In this document: positions 6,275-13,448 of the stretch, piece by piece
Layout of the letters: each line of letters begins with the position of its first letter
Numbering within the stretch: position 1 is the stretch's first letter
IMG/VR virus record: IMGVR_UViG_3300045988_027069
Source of the DNA: a virus
Strand: one strand, 5' to 3'
DNA length: 42,495 nt
The notes under the pieces: generated by a model
What the model saw: only the letters and a program-made list of their open reading frames with translations
What the model was told of the DNA's origin: nothing
Database searches by the model: none
Translations under genes and position numbers: made by a program

Positions 6275-6617
6275 ATATCGCCTCACCTTCTCCACAGCCA
6301 CTTTTCTTGTTGTTATTAGGATATGCGGTTACAACTTCGCCTGATCCGCCGCAGACAGACACAACGACGTGCGTATATTTGAGTTTCGGGTAGTATGTAG
6401 CACTTTTCGATTCTTTTGTATATATCCGACGTTCATCTAGCGGAGGGTTCGTGTCATGACTTGGCAAAATTAGTTCCGGCTCCCGAATCGTCTCCACGAT
6501 TGCGTCTACGTTTGAAACCATGATGCTGTGGTTAAGCGCCACATGAGAATCCCACTGCTCTTTTGTGCAGAATACTTTTATCCCGCTTCTGTCAACAACT
6601 TCGAAAAAATTAGGCAT
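6258..6617 (-). CDS. Putative toxin (119 aa), DUF4258 / RelE-barnase-like pattern
   Basis: IKVFCTKEQWDSHVALNHSIM...VETIREPELI...THVVVSVCGGSGEVVTAYPN is a pattern I associate with DUF4258/PBECR-type nuclease toxins. The start overlaps the upstream stop (TGATG). Confidence 0.45.
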   Translation of the reverse strand: MPNFFEVVDRSGIKVFCTKEQWDSHVALNHSIMVSNVDAIVETIREPELILPSHDTNPPLDERRIYTKESKSATYYPKLKYTHVVVSVCGGSGEVVTAYPNNNKKSGCGEGEAIYVAEE

Positions 6618-6835
6618 CAATCCACCTGCTCACTCAGGATTTTGGACATCATTGCAGGGAGTGCCTCTGCTAACTGCTCATTCACAATCACTGCAGCTAC
6701 CGTTTCTTCCTGGTCGCTGTACACAACGCCATTCGCTCCAACTACTGGATATTTATGCTTAAATGTAAAAACAAACTCGTTCTTTGCCTCGTTCGCAGTA
6801 ACAGTCAGCGAATTTGCGTAAATAGGCTTGCACAT
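6617..6835 (-). CDS. DUF3467-like small protein (72 aa)
   Basis: PIYANSLTVTANEAKNEFVFTF...AVIVNEQLAEALPAMM resembles DUF3467. SD GAAGGAGA lies upstream of ATG 6835. Confidence 0.5.
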   Translation of the reverse strand: MCKPIYANSLTVTANEAKNEFVFTFKHKYPVVGANGVVYSDQEETVAAVIVNEQLAEALPAMMSKILSEQVD

Positions 6836-6868
6836 TGTAGTATAATCTCCTTCTCTGTTTTTTATTTC

Positions 6869-6897
6869 ATTATAGAACAAATTAAGCTCATTGTAAA
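6869..6897 (-). promoter_or_regulatory. Sigma-A-type promoter of the three-gene AT-rich operon
   Basis: Minus strand: TTTACA (6897..6892), 17 nt, TATAAT (6874..6869). Confidence 0.6.
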
Positions 6898-6932
6898 TGC
6901 AACAGAATATTAAATTTGCAATTTTGCCACAA

Positions 6933-6955
6933 GAGCCGCCCTATCCGGGCGGCTC
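6933..6955 (-). terminator. Terminator hairpin overlapping the stop of the 6941..7165 CDS
   Basis: GAGCCGCCC-tatcc-GGGCGGCTC. On the minus strand it is followed by TTGTGGCAAAATT, a weak U-run. Confidence 0.55.
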
Positions 6956-7165
6956 CTTTAGATGCTCCCGCAGTACATTCATGCACCGCGCTATGATCTT
7001 CTTGACGCCGTTTACGCTCAAGCCCTCGCGCTCGGCAATGCGCTCATGGCTCCAATCGTCAAGGATCTTCCGTTTCAGGATTCCCCGGTATCGCTCCGAA
7101 AGAATCCATTCGTCGATCAAATGCTCCCAATCGCTGCGGCCCAGACTCGGAAGCCCCCGCAGCAT
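6941..7165 (-). CDS. Sigma-70 region-4-like HTH protein (74 aa)
   Basis: WEHLIDEWILSERYRGILKRKILDDWSHERIAEREGLSVNGVKKIIARCMNVL matches the pattern of small sigma-r4/LuxR-type phage and ICE regulators. SD AAGGAGGG. Confidence 0.6.
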   Translation of the reverse strand: MLRGLPSLGRSDWEHLIDEWILSERYRGILKRKILDDWSHERIAEREGLSVNGVKKIIARCMNVLREHLKEPPG

Positions 7166-7174
7166 ATGCCCTCC

Positions 7175-7870
7175 TTACTTGCTATCCAGCACGGCGATAT
7201 TGCCCTTATTGCTGACCTTCAGGCCCAGCGCGGCGGCGATATCGCGCACCTTGACATAGTTCGTGCCGTTTTTCAGGATGCGTTCGACGGCGACCTCCTT
7301 GCCGTCCACGATCATTTTCGACTTTTCTACCACTTCGTCCTCAAACCTTTCCAAGAATTTTTCCCACTGTTCGTTGCCAGTGGTGTGATAGTAGGTGTTC
7401 ATGTCCGTGCCGACGAACGGGCGCGGGCAAAATTTCCCGGACACATCGTAATGCCGGATGATGTGATCCGCCGGAATATTGTGCTCCTCCATGAGCTTGC
7501 GGATGAGCCACTCGGCATTATCGAGTACCTTTTTCTCGAAGAACCAGTCGGCATCGTAAGCGCCCATGCGCTTCGGATTGACCTTCTTCGGCCGCAGCTC
7601 CACGCCGATAGAGTTCCAGTTCCGGCACTCCGGATGCAGCGTACCGTCTCCGCAGTGCCACGCCACATCCGTATCCTTGACGCACCGGTAAATGATATCG
7701 CCCTCGTCCACGGCGTAGTGTGCGCTGGCTCTGGCCTGCGGATTTTTGAACCACGCGGCCACGCTGGCAGCAGAGCCGAGCGCGCCGAAGTAGTGCACGA
7801 CGATCCATTTCGGCGTGCAGCCGCCCGCTCGATGGTTGATCGGCGTGAGCGCATCTTTAATTACCGGCAT
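7175..7870 (-). CDS. Endolysin: N-acetylmuramoyl-L-alanine amidase (Amidase_2/PGRP type) with a C-terminal binding domain
   Basis: PKWIVVHYFG...SAHYAVDEGDIIYRCV...VAWHCG...NSIGVEL...IIRHYDVSGKFCP are amidase_2 signatures. SD GGAGG lies 8 nt before ATG 7870. Confidence 0.88.
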   Translation of the reverse strand: MPVIKDALTPINHRAGGCTPKWIVVHYFGALGSAASVAAWFKNPQARASAHYAVDEGDIIYRCVKDTDVAWHCGDGTLHPECRNWNSIGVELRPKKVNPKRMGAYDADWFFEKKVLDNAEWLIRKLMEEHNIPADHIIRHYDVSGKFCPRPFVGTDMNTYYHTTGNEQWEKFLERFEDEVVEKSKMIVDGKEVAVERILKNGTNYVKVRDIAAALGLKVSNKGNIAVLDSK

Positions 7871-8072
7871 TGTTCGCGCCTCCATCCACTGCGTCCTGCA
7901 CCTTCTGGCTCTGCGTTCCGAAGTAGAATGCGATCACGACGGCATACACCGTCATAAAGTCCTGGCTGATCTTGCCCACCACGGCCATGTACGCAAATAC
8001 CGCCGTCAGCGTCAGCGTCACAAGGCTTTTCACGCTCAGGAGATTCCCGAGCCGCTTGATGATCTTATCCAT
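7857..8072 (-). CDS. Putative holin (71 aa, 2 TM)
   Basis: MDKIIKRLGNLLSVKSLVTLTLTAVFAYMAVVG...VYAVVIAFYFG with a polar C-terminus. SD GGAGGT. Immediately upstream of the amidase. Confidence 0.7.
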   Translation of the reverse strand: MDKIIKRLGNLLSVKSLVTLTLTAVFAYMAVVGKISQDFMTVYAVVIAFYFGTQSQKVQDAVDGGANNAGN

Positions 8073-8325
8073 CGTATGTACCTCCATCATCTTTATCATT
8101 TGGTTTTGCAAATACTCTCTTGAGCAGGAGCAAAAGCAGCTCCCCGCCGAAGGCCGCGCCCGCGAATACCAGCACGTCGCTGAGATCGCACGTCCTGTCC
8201 AGCAGTACGGCAGCCGTTTTCAGAATCATCGCCCATGTGGCCACTGCCGTGAGCATCCACAGGCAGTAGTACACAAGCTCGCGGGCCATGCGGCCCTTTG
8301 TCCATCGTTTCTTGTCTCTGCGCAT
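8065..8325 (-). CDS. Small membrane protein (86 aa, 2 TM), holin-associated
   Basis: Basic N-terminus and two hydrophobic helices. Translationally coupled on both sides (TGATG overlap at 8325). Confidence 0.6.
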   Translation of the reverse strand: MRRDKKRWTKGRMARELVYYCLWMLTAVATWAMILKTAAVLLDRTCDLSDVLVFAGAAFGGELLLLLLKRVFAKPNDKDDGGTYDG

Positions 8326-8717
8326 CAGCCCAGCCCCAGTTTCGCCAGTGCAAAGCCGATCAGCCCTGCGAGGATTGCCGTGATAAGGCCCTTTACGACC
8401 GTCTCCCAGCGGCTTCCCGGCAGCGCCTTGAGGCTCTTTACGTCGTCCTTGATCTCAGTCACGTTCGCCTCGATCGTCTCCTGCTTCGTAGCAAGGACTT
8501 CGACCGAGGTCGCCAGCTGGTGCAGCGCCTTGTTGTCCGCCTCTAGCTCGTCGATTCTGTGCGTGTTGCTCTTGCATCGCGCCTCCACGGAGGCGATCTG
8601 CGCCTGAATTCCATCATCCATCTTGATACTCCTTTCAAAGCTTTCTATTTCGCACTCCGGGCAAACCATCCTGCCCTCCGGCACGGCCCGCCCGCAGCAT
8701 ACGCATGTATCCATCAT
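8325..8717 (-). CDS. XhlA-like lysis-associated protein with an N-terminal zinc ribbon (130 aa)
   Basis: CVCCG..x9..CPEC, then a coiled coil (ASVEARCKSNTHRIDELEADNKALHQL...) and a C-terminal TM segment LITAILAGLIGFALAKLG. This is the XhlA architecture, positioned upstream of the holin and amidase. Confidence 0.6.
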   Translation of the reverse strand: MMDTCVCCGRAVPEGRMVCPECEIESFERSIKMDDGIQAQIASVEARCKSNTHRIDELEADNKALHQLATSVEVLATKQETIEANVTEIKDDVKSLKALPGSRWETVVKGLITAILAGLIGFALAKLGLG

Positions 8718-8861
8718 TCAATCTTCTCGTCTTTGGTTGATTATATCAACGGTTGTGTTCTGGGTTATCCGCCGTGCCGACATTGGCCTCCTGCTCTACA
8801 TAAACCTTTCGAACTACAACATCAATAATTACAACTTATCAATTGCCCATGGCGGTTGCTC

Positions 8862-9137
8862 TTATTTTGCCAGATTATCCATGATGGACATAGCATCAAG
8901 ATAGCTGACCTCACCGTCGCCGTTAACGTCCGCACGCTTCAGTGCGTCCTCGTCCAGTGGCGCTGTACCTGCCAGATGATCCATGATAGCCGTGGCATCA
9001 TTCTTGTCCACCTGGCCGTCCCCGTTCACGTCCCCAACTGCAAGGGGATATTCCACGACCAGCGTACTGACCAACTCAGCGGGAATCTCTAGCTTTAACT
9101 TAATACCATTCTTCAGTTCCATATTTAATTTGTACAT
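8862..9137 (-). CDS. Stand-alone dockerin-domain protein (91 aa)
   Basis: Two dockerin type-I Ca-binding repeats: GDVNGDGQVDKNDATAIMDHL and ADVNGDGEVSYLDAMSIMDNL. SD AAGGAGA lies 5 nt before ATG 9137. Confidence 0.8.
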   Translation of the reverse strand: MYKLNMELKNGIKLKLEIPAELVSTLVVEYPLAVGDVNGDGQVDKNDATAIMDHLAGTAPLDEDALKRADVNGDGEVSYLDAMSIMDNLAK

Positions 9138-9156
9138 AATAATCTCCTTTCAAAAA

Positions 9157-9780
9157 TCATGCTGTAGTAGTGGTCAGCGACAGCTCTCCTGCCGTGATTA
9201 TGATAGGCGCGTTAATCGCACCGCTAAGGTAATCCATGATGTTTAACTTCGCAGTCTCTACTTTCAGTACAGCAGCACCGGCAGAATCTGTGGCGATCTC
9301 GGAACGGAAAAATACAGTAACTGCGTAGGTCCCAGACCCTTGCATAGATGGAGGCTCCTCAAAACCTACACACTGATATGTCTTGTGGTCATAGATCAGT
9401 AAGGCGTTGCCATAGTCAACAAGCGCAATGGCCGTCACCATAGATACCTCTTGTGTGCAGGCCGCGTCGGTATATGCCTTGATATTGCCGTCAGCGTCCG
9501 CCTTACCATAGATCTTCTTACCCGGCAGAGCGGCGATTTGGGTTCTCCAAGTATCCATCGCGCTGGTAGGGATATTGCTCCCGTCCGCTTTGGCCAGCAC
9601 CGCCGTTTCCCACGCTGTAGGCTTACCGTTTTCATCTATGGTATTGATGATGGGGGACTGCCCCGTGCTAGCGCCAGTGATACCGAGCGATTCATCCGTC
9701 CCGCCGCCGGGTACGTCCACCTTCAATGTTTTCCCGCCATATACCAGCGGCTTCCCGTCCATGTAAAGCTGTTTTTCCAT
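9157..9780 (-). CDS. Tail-fibre-module hypothetical protein (207 aa)
   Basis: Good SD (GAGGTGAGGA). Lies between the fibre and dockerin genes. No recognisable motif. Confidence 0.7.
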   Translation of the reverse strand: MEKQLYMDGKPLVYGGKTLKVDVPGGGTDESLGITGASTGQSPIINTIDENGKPTAWETAVLAKADGSNIPTSAMDTWRTQIAALPGKKIYGKADADGNIKAYTDAACTQEVSMVTAIALVDYGNALLIYDHKTYQCVGFEEPPSMQGSGTYAVTVFFRSEIATDSAGAAVLKVETAKLNIMDYLSGAINAPIIITAGELSLTTTTA

Positions 9781-9791
9781 GTATCCTCACC

Positions 9792-11714
9792 TCACGTTGC
9801 GCTTCCATATACGCTGTCGTTGCCATCGGTCACACGCACGGTCTCGATCTGGCGCAGTCCGCAGACGGAGATGATCTGCCGGATCTTGTCGATCATGGAT
9901 TCCGCCACGCATTTGTGCGCATCGCCGGTAATATGCACGCCGTCGCGGAAGAATTTGCTGCGCACATCGGTATCGTCGTAATTGAGGAACCACTTGTCGA
10001 ACAGATCCAGCACCCAGCAGCGCGTATGCATCTGGCAGAGAATTTTCAGCGCGATCAGATAATCCACCATCTTGACCGTACTGGTTTTCCATTTCTGATT
10101 TTTGAACGGCAGCAGCCACAGGATCTGCGCGCTGGGGAACGTCTCCTCCAGCAGCGCCAGCGTCTTTTCGACCGCGCCGTAGAAATTCGTATCCTCCGTC
10201 AGATCGGTCGCAGCGCCCAGCGCCGCCTGCTCCCAATGATCGTTTGTCCCCAGCTCGACGACCGCAATATCGACCGCATCCGCCCACATTTTGAGAGACA
10301 GATTCGTCTTGTACTCCGCTAGCTTCTGCGCCAGCCCGGAGTAGCCCGACATCGCCGCGTCATAGGACTCGTCGGTGTTCTGCTTCCCGTTCCAGTCAAA
10401 GCTGCCGCTGCCCGTCGTCACCGACGCGCCGCTCTGGCACAGCGCCATGGACTGCGCCCGCAGGTTCATCGGCACATATTTGCGGAATGCGTTCTGCAAT
10501 CCAGCGTTGGATGCCGCGTAGGTGATGGAGTCGCCTATAAAATGGATGTTCAGCGTTCTGTCGCGCGGAACGTCTCTGGACATGGCCGCATACGCGCGTT
10601 CATTTTCTGCGTTTGCCGTTTTGGATACAAAAATCTGCTGCAAATAACCTTCGTCTCTTGCGAAGCCGTTCCCAAGGTCTTTCTTGAAAACATACCAGCT
10701 CTGTCCATGCATCCCATTCCCGAGATCACTCATTCCCGCCTGAACTTCTGCCACGAAGCAATTGTTGATGCGTTTACCGGCATCCGGCTTTACGCTTGCC
10801 CGGAGCAGATACCAGTCCTGTTTTACCGTGAAATACGCAGGGAGCGGACCCAGCGTCTGTCCGGAGATCGCAGGCTCGATGTAGCCCTTGGTGACCATGG
10901 TTTTCATGATCGTGTTAATGATGCCCGCCGCAACTCTCCCGTTCTCCAAAGCCTCTGCTGCGTCCGGCAGTGACGGGTAGGCATGATACCAGCCGAAAGT
11001 TGCAATATCCGACGGGTCTGTCACAAATTCATTCGTATTCACCGGATACGGAAGCTGCGTGAGGCAGTAGGTTTTTCCAGCCTCGAACTTGACCGAGTAG
11101 ATCGCGCAGTTTGCGTTTTCTGCCTTGACTCCGCCGGTTGTGCCGTACCCGTCCAAAAACAGTGTCCATGGGATATCCCTGCATTCCGTGCTGTAGCCCG
11201 CCAGTTTCTGTGCGGAAACGCTGCCGTCCTGTACGGTCGTCGTCGCCTCCGGATGCTCCGTCAGCCAAGTCGATACTGCCGAGGACACCTGCGCGTCCGT
11301 GGGGCCGGAAATGGGATCGCCGAGCGTTGCTTCTACGCCGCCCGCGATCACATCTGCCGCGATTTCCTCCTTGTCCGCATCCGTCAGCACATAATCGTCA
11401 CCGGCAGGCCCCTGCGGTCCAGTCGCACCCTGCGGGCCAGTCGCACCCTGTGGGCCGGTCGCACCCTGTGGGCCAGTCGCACCCTGCGGGCCAGTCGCGC
11501 CCTGCGGTCCGGTTGCACCTTTATCACCCTTCTCGCCGGTCGCACCCCGCGACGGCTTCCCGGTGTCCTCGTCCCCGAGATACCAATTGCCGTTTTCGCC
11601 GATCGTCGGCGTAATGCCGTCCTTGCCGTCTTTCCCAGTGCCGCCCGAGCCTCCCGCTGGAATCTTGTATACATCCTCCAGCCCGGGGAATTTAATGCTT
11701 TTCAGTTCCTTCAC
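9792..11714 (-). CDS. Tail fibre/spike protein: collagen-like Gly-X-Y region plus an SGNH/GDSL hydrolase domain
   Basis: (GATGPQ)x6 within an approximately 90-aa G-X-Y run. SGNH blocks IHFIGDSITYA, ELGTNDHW and FRDGVHITGDAH. GTG start overlaps the upstream stop (GTGA). Confidence 0.8.
   Translation of the reverse strand: MKELKSIKFPGLEDVYKIPAGGSGGTGKDGKDGITPTIGENGNWYLGDEDTGKPSRGATGEKGDKGATGPQGATGPQGATGPQGATGPQGATGPQGATGPQGPAGDDYVLTDADKEEIAADVIAGGVEATLGDPISGPTDAQVSSAVSTWLTEHPEATTTVQDGSVSAQKLAGYSTECRDIPWTLFLDGYGTTGGVKAENANCAIYSVKFEAGKTYCLTQLPYPVNTNEFVTDPSDIATFGWYHAYPSLPDAAEALENGRVAAGIINTIMKTMVTKGYIEPAISGQTLGPLPAYFTVKQDWYLLRASVKPDAGKRINNCFVAEVQAGMSDLGNGMHGQSWYVFKKDLGNGFARDEGYLQQIFVSKTANAENERAYAAMSRDVPRDRTLNIHFIGDSITYAASNAGLQNAFRKYVPMNLRAQSMALCQSGASVTTGSGSFDWNGKQNTDESYDAAMSGYSGLAQKLAEYKTNLSLKMWADAVDIAVVELGTNDHWEQAALGAATDLTEDTNFYGAVEKTLALLEETFPSAQILWLLPFKNQKWKTSTVKMVDYLIALKILCQMHTRCWVLDLFDKWFLNYDDTDVRSKFFRDGVHITGDAHKCVAESMIDKIRQIISVCGLRQIETVRVTDGNDSVYGSAT
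11411..11518 (-). repeat. 18-bp tandem repeat x6 encoding GATGPQ
   Basis: cctgcggtccagtcgcac and near-identical units are read directly. They are in frame within the fibre CDS. Confidence 0.9.
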
Positions 11715-12490
11715 CAGCTACCACCTCCCAAAATCAGAATCTCATACGGCACACTTGCGAACGTCGCCGTGATCGTATTCGGCAGTGCAAAAATTGCGCG
11801 TCCAGTGCTGTTGTAGGCCACCCCTCCATATGCGCCCTTCTCCGCCTTTGCGTTGAATGCGCTCATAGACATATACGCGCTGAAATATTCACTGCTGAAT
11901 GCGTACACGAGATTATCCCCTGTGACCGTGCTTGTCGTGTAGACCAGTGCAAAAGAAGGCGGGCTTGCTGAGATCAACTGCGTCTCCGCCTCGCTCAGCA
12001 CCAGCATTTTCTTGTCGCTGGACGCCTCCGCTGCCGTCATGGTTCTTTTGACGAGTACGGGGTACTGGACGCCCTTCACGAGCACCGACGCCAGCGCATC
12101 ATATGCCGCATCCTTCGTCACGGAGATATCCGAAGCGCCCGGTGTTACCGTCTTGCTCTGCAATTTCATTGCCTGAATGGTCTGCGCGCCCGCGAGATAC
12201 TTCCCGGCGGGGATGGTCTGCGGCCGTGTGGACGGCGCGTAGGTCTGTGCGTCAAGGCTCTGCATCGTGCCGGTCGTTTTGCCGCCGTTGATGTATGCGG
12301 TGTACGGGCTGAGGATCTGCGCGGCAGTCGCTGTCGCGTCGGAAATATCCGGCCTCGGATCATAATGCCCGGCCTCCTCGGTCAGCTGCTCGATGGTTTT
12401 CTTTCCGGTAAACCCGAAGATCGTCCGCAGCGCCGATGCCAGCGCGTCGAGCTTGCTCTTTGTGACTAATACCTTATCGTTCTCAGCCAT
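11711..12490 (-). CDS. Tail-associated hypothetical protein (259 aa)
   Basis: The ATG overlaps the upstream gene end. Lies within the fibre cluster. No diagnostic motif. Confidence 0.7.
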   Translation of the reverse strand: MAENDKVLVTKSKLDALASALRTIFGFTGKKTIEQLTEEAGHYDPRPDISDATATAAQILSPYTAYINGGKTTGTMQSLDAQTYAPSTRPQTIPAGKYLAGAQTIQAMKLQSKTVTPGASDISVTKDAAYDALASVLVKGVQYPVLVKRTMTAAEASSDKKMLVLSEAETQLISASPPSFALVYTTSTVTGDNLVYAFSSEYFSAYMSMSAFNAKAEKGAYGGVAYNSTGRAIFALPNTITATFASVPYEILILGGGSW

Positions 12491-13079
12491 ATGTCGCCTC
12501 GTCTCCGTCCGGCAGCGCGGTCAATACCGCCTGTACCAGCTCCGCCTTGTCGGCGTCCGTGAAATAATCCGTCCCCTTGACGGGCGTCTTGCCGTCCGCA
12601 CCCTTCGCGCCCGTGGCTCCTGTCGCGCCCTGAGCGCCCGCAGGGCCTTTGATGTTGACCGGCGTCGGATTCTCCAAGCCTCCGTCGTTCGTCCAGCTGA
12701 TAACGCCCTCCGCGCTGACGGACGGCGTGAACGTGTATCCGTTCTGTCCGCTCGTTCCGTCTCCTTCGGTCGTCAGCGCCCGGATCGTGATGTTTCCGTT
12801 CCCATCGTCCTCGACCACGGTCTGGAAGCTGTCGCCCTTCGGCCCCTGCTTGCCCTGCGGGCCGGTCGCGCCGTCCTTGCCGTCTGCGCCTGCGGGGCCG
12901 GGCGGCCCCTGCTGGCCCTCCGGGCCTGCCGGTCCCCGGATGTCTCCGAGGTCGATGGTGCTCCCATCCGTCAGCGTAAAGATCAGATGTCCTGTGTCAG
13001 AAATGGACACCGCCTTGATGCCTCTGGAAATGAGGCCGTGGATCGTCACCATCACGCTTTCCGGAATTTCGATTTTCAT
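12483..13079 (-). CDS. Collagen-like tail fibre protein (198 aa)
   Basis: Two G-X-Y runs: GPAGPEGQQGPPGPAGADGKDGATGPQGKQGPKGD and GPAGAQGATGATGAKGADG. SD AAGGAGG. Confidence 0.8.
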   Translation of the reverse strand: MKIEIPESVMVTIHGLISRGIKAVSISDTGHLIFTLTDGSTIDLGDIRGPAGPEGQQGPPGPAGADGKDGATGPQGKQGPKGDSFQTVVEDDGNGNITIRALTTEGDGTSGQNGYTFTPSVSAEGVISWTNDGGLENPTPVNIKGPAGAQGATGATGAKGADGKTPVKGTDYFTDADKAELVQAVLTALPDGDEATYG

Positions 13080-13091
13080 ACCCTCGCCTCC

Positions 13092-13448
13092 TTACTCCAC
13101 GCGCGCCACGTTCCCGCTCGCAAGCGTGGTCCGGTTGCCGTGCGTGTACAAAATGTCATACCGGTAGACGCCGCGCGGGAACTTGGCCGTCACCTCGTCC
13201 GTGAACGCCAGCGTGACCGTGTTCTCGTCCGCGCCCGTGAAGGAGAACTCCTGCACGGCCTTCTTCGTCCAGTCGTAGAACGTCACCTTGATCGTGTCCG
13301 TCTGCCCGATGGTCACGTCCGCGCCGTCCTGGTCCTCCAGCTCCATCCGGAGCCGGAGGGAGAACGTGTCTCCCTCATACCAGCAAATGCACCCGTTCGC
13401 AATGCGCGGGCTGACCCGCGCGCCGGGGATCGTGTTTGCCGCGCTCAT
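13092..13448 (-). CDS. Hypothetical structural protein (118 aa)
   Basis: ATG 13448 overlaps the stop of the giant gene (ATGA). The remainder of track ORF 13092..14516 is an out-of-frame shadow. Confidence 0.7.
   Translation of the reverse strand: MSAANTIPGARVSPRIANGCICWYEGDTFSLRLRMELEDQDGADVTIGQTDTIKVTFYDWTKKAVQEFSFTGADENTVTLAFTDEVTAKFPRGVYRYDILYTHGNRTTLASGNVARVE

Noticed and set aside
11411-11518. Tandem repeats (also 24648-24754 and 34621-34695) considered as possible CRISPR arrays
   Set aside because: The units are contiguous with no spacers, are 15-27 bp long, and are in frame within CDSs (encoding GATGPQ, MAEVETKTE and EKAAA). No cas genes are present.
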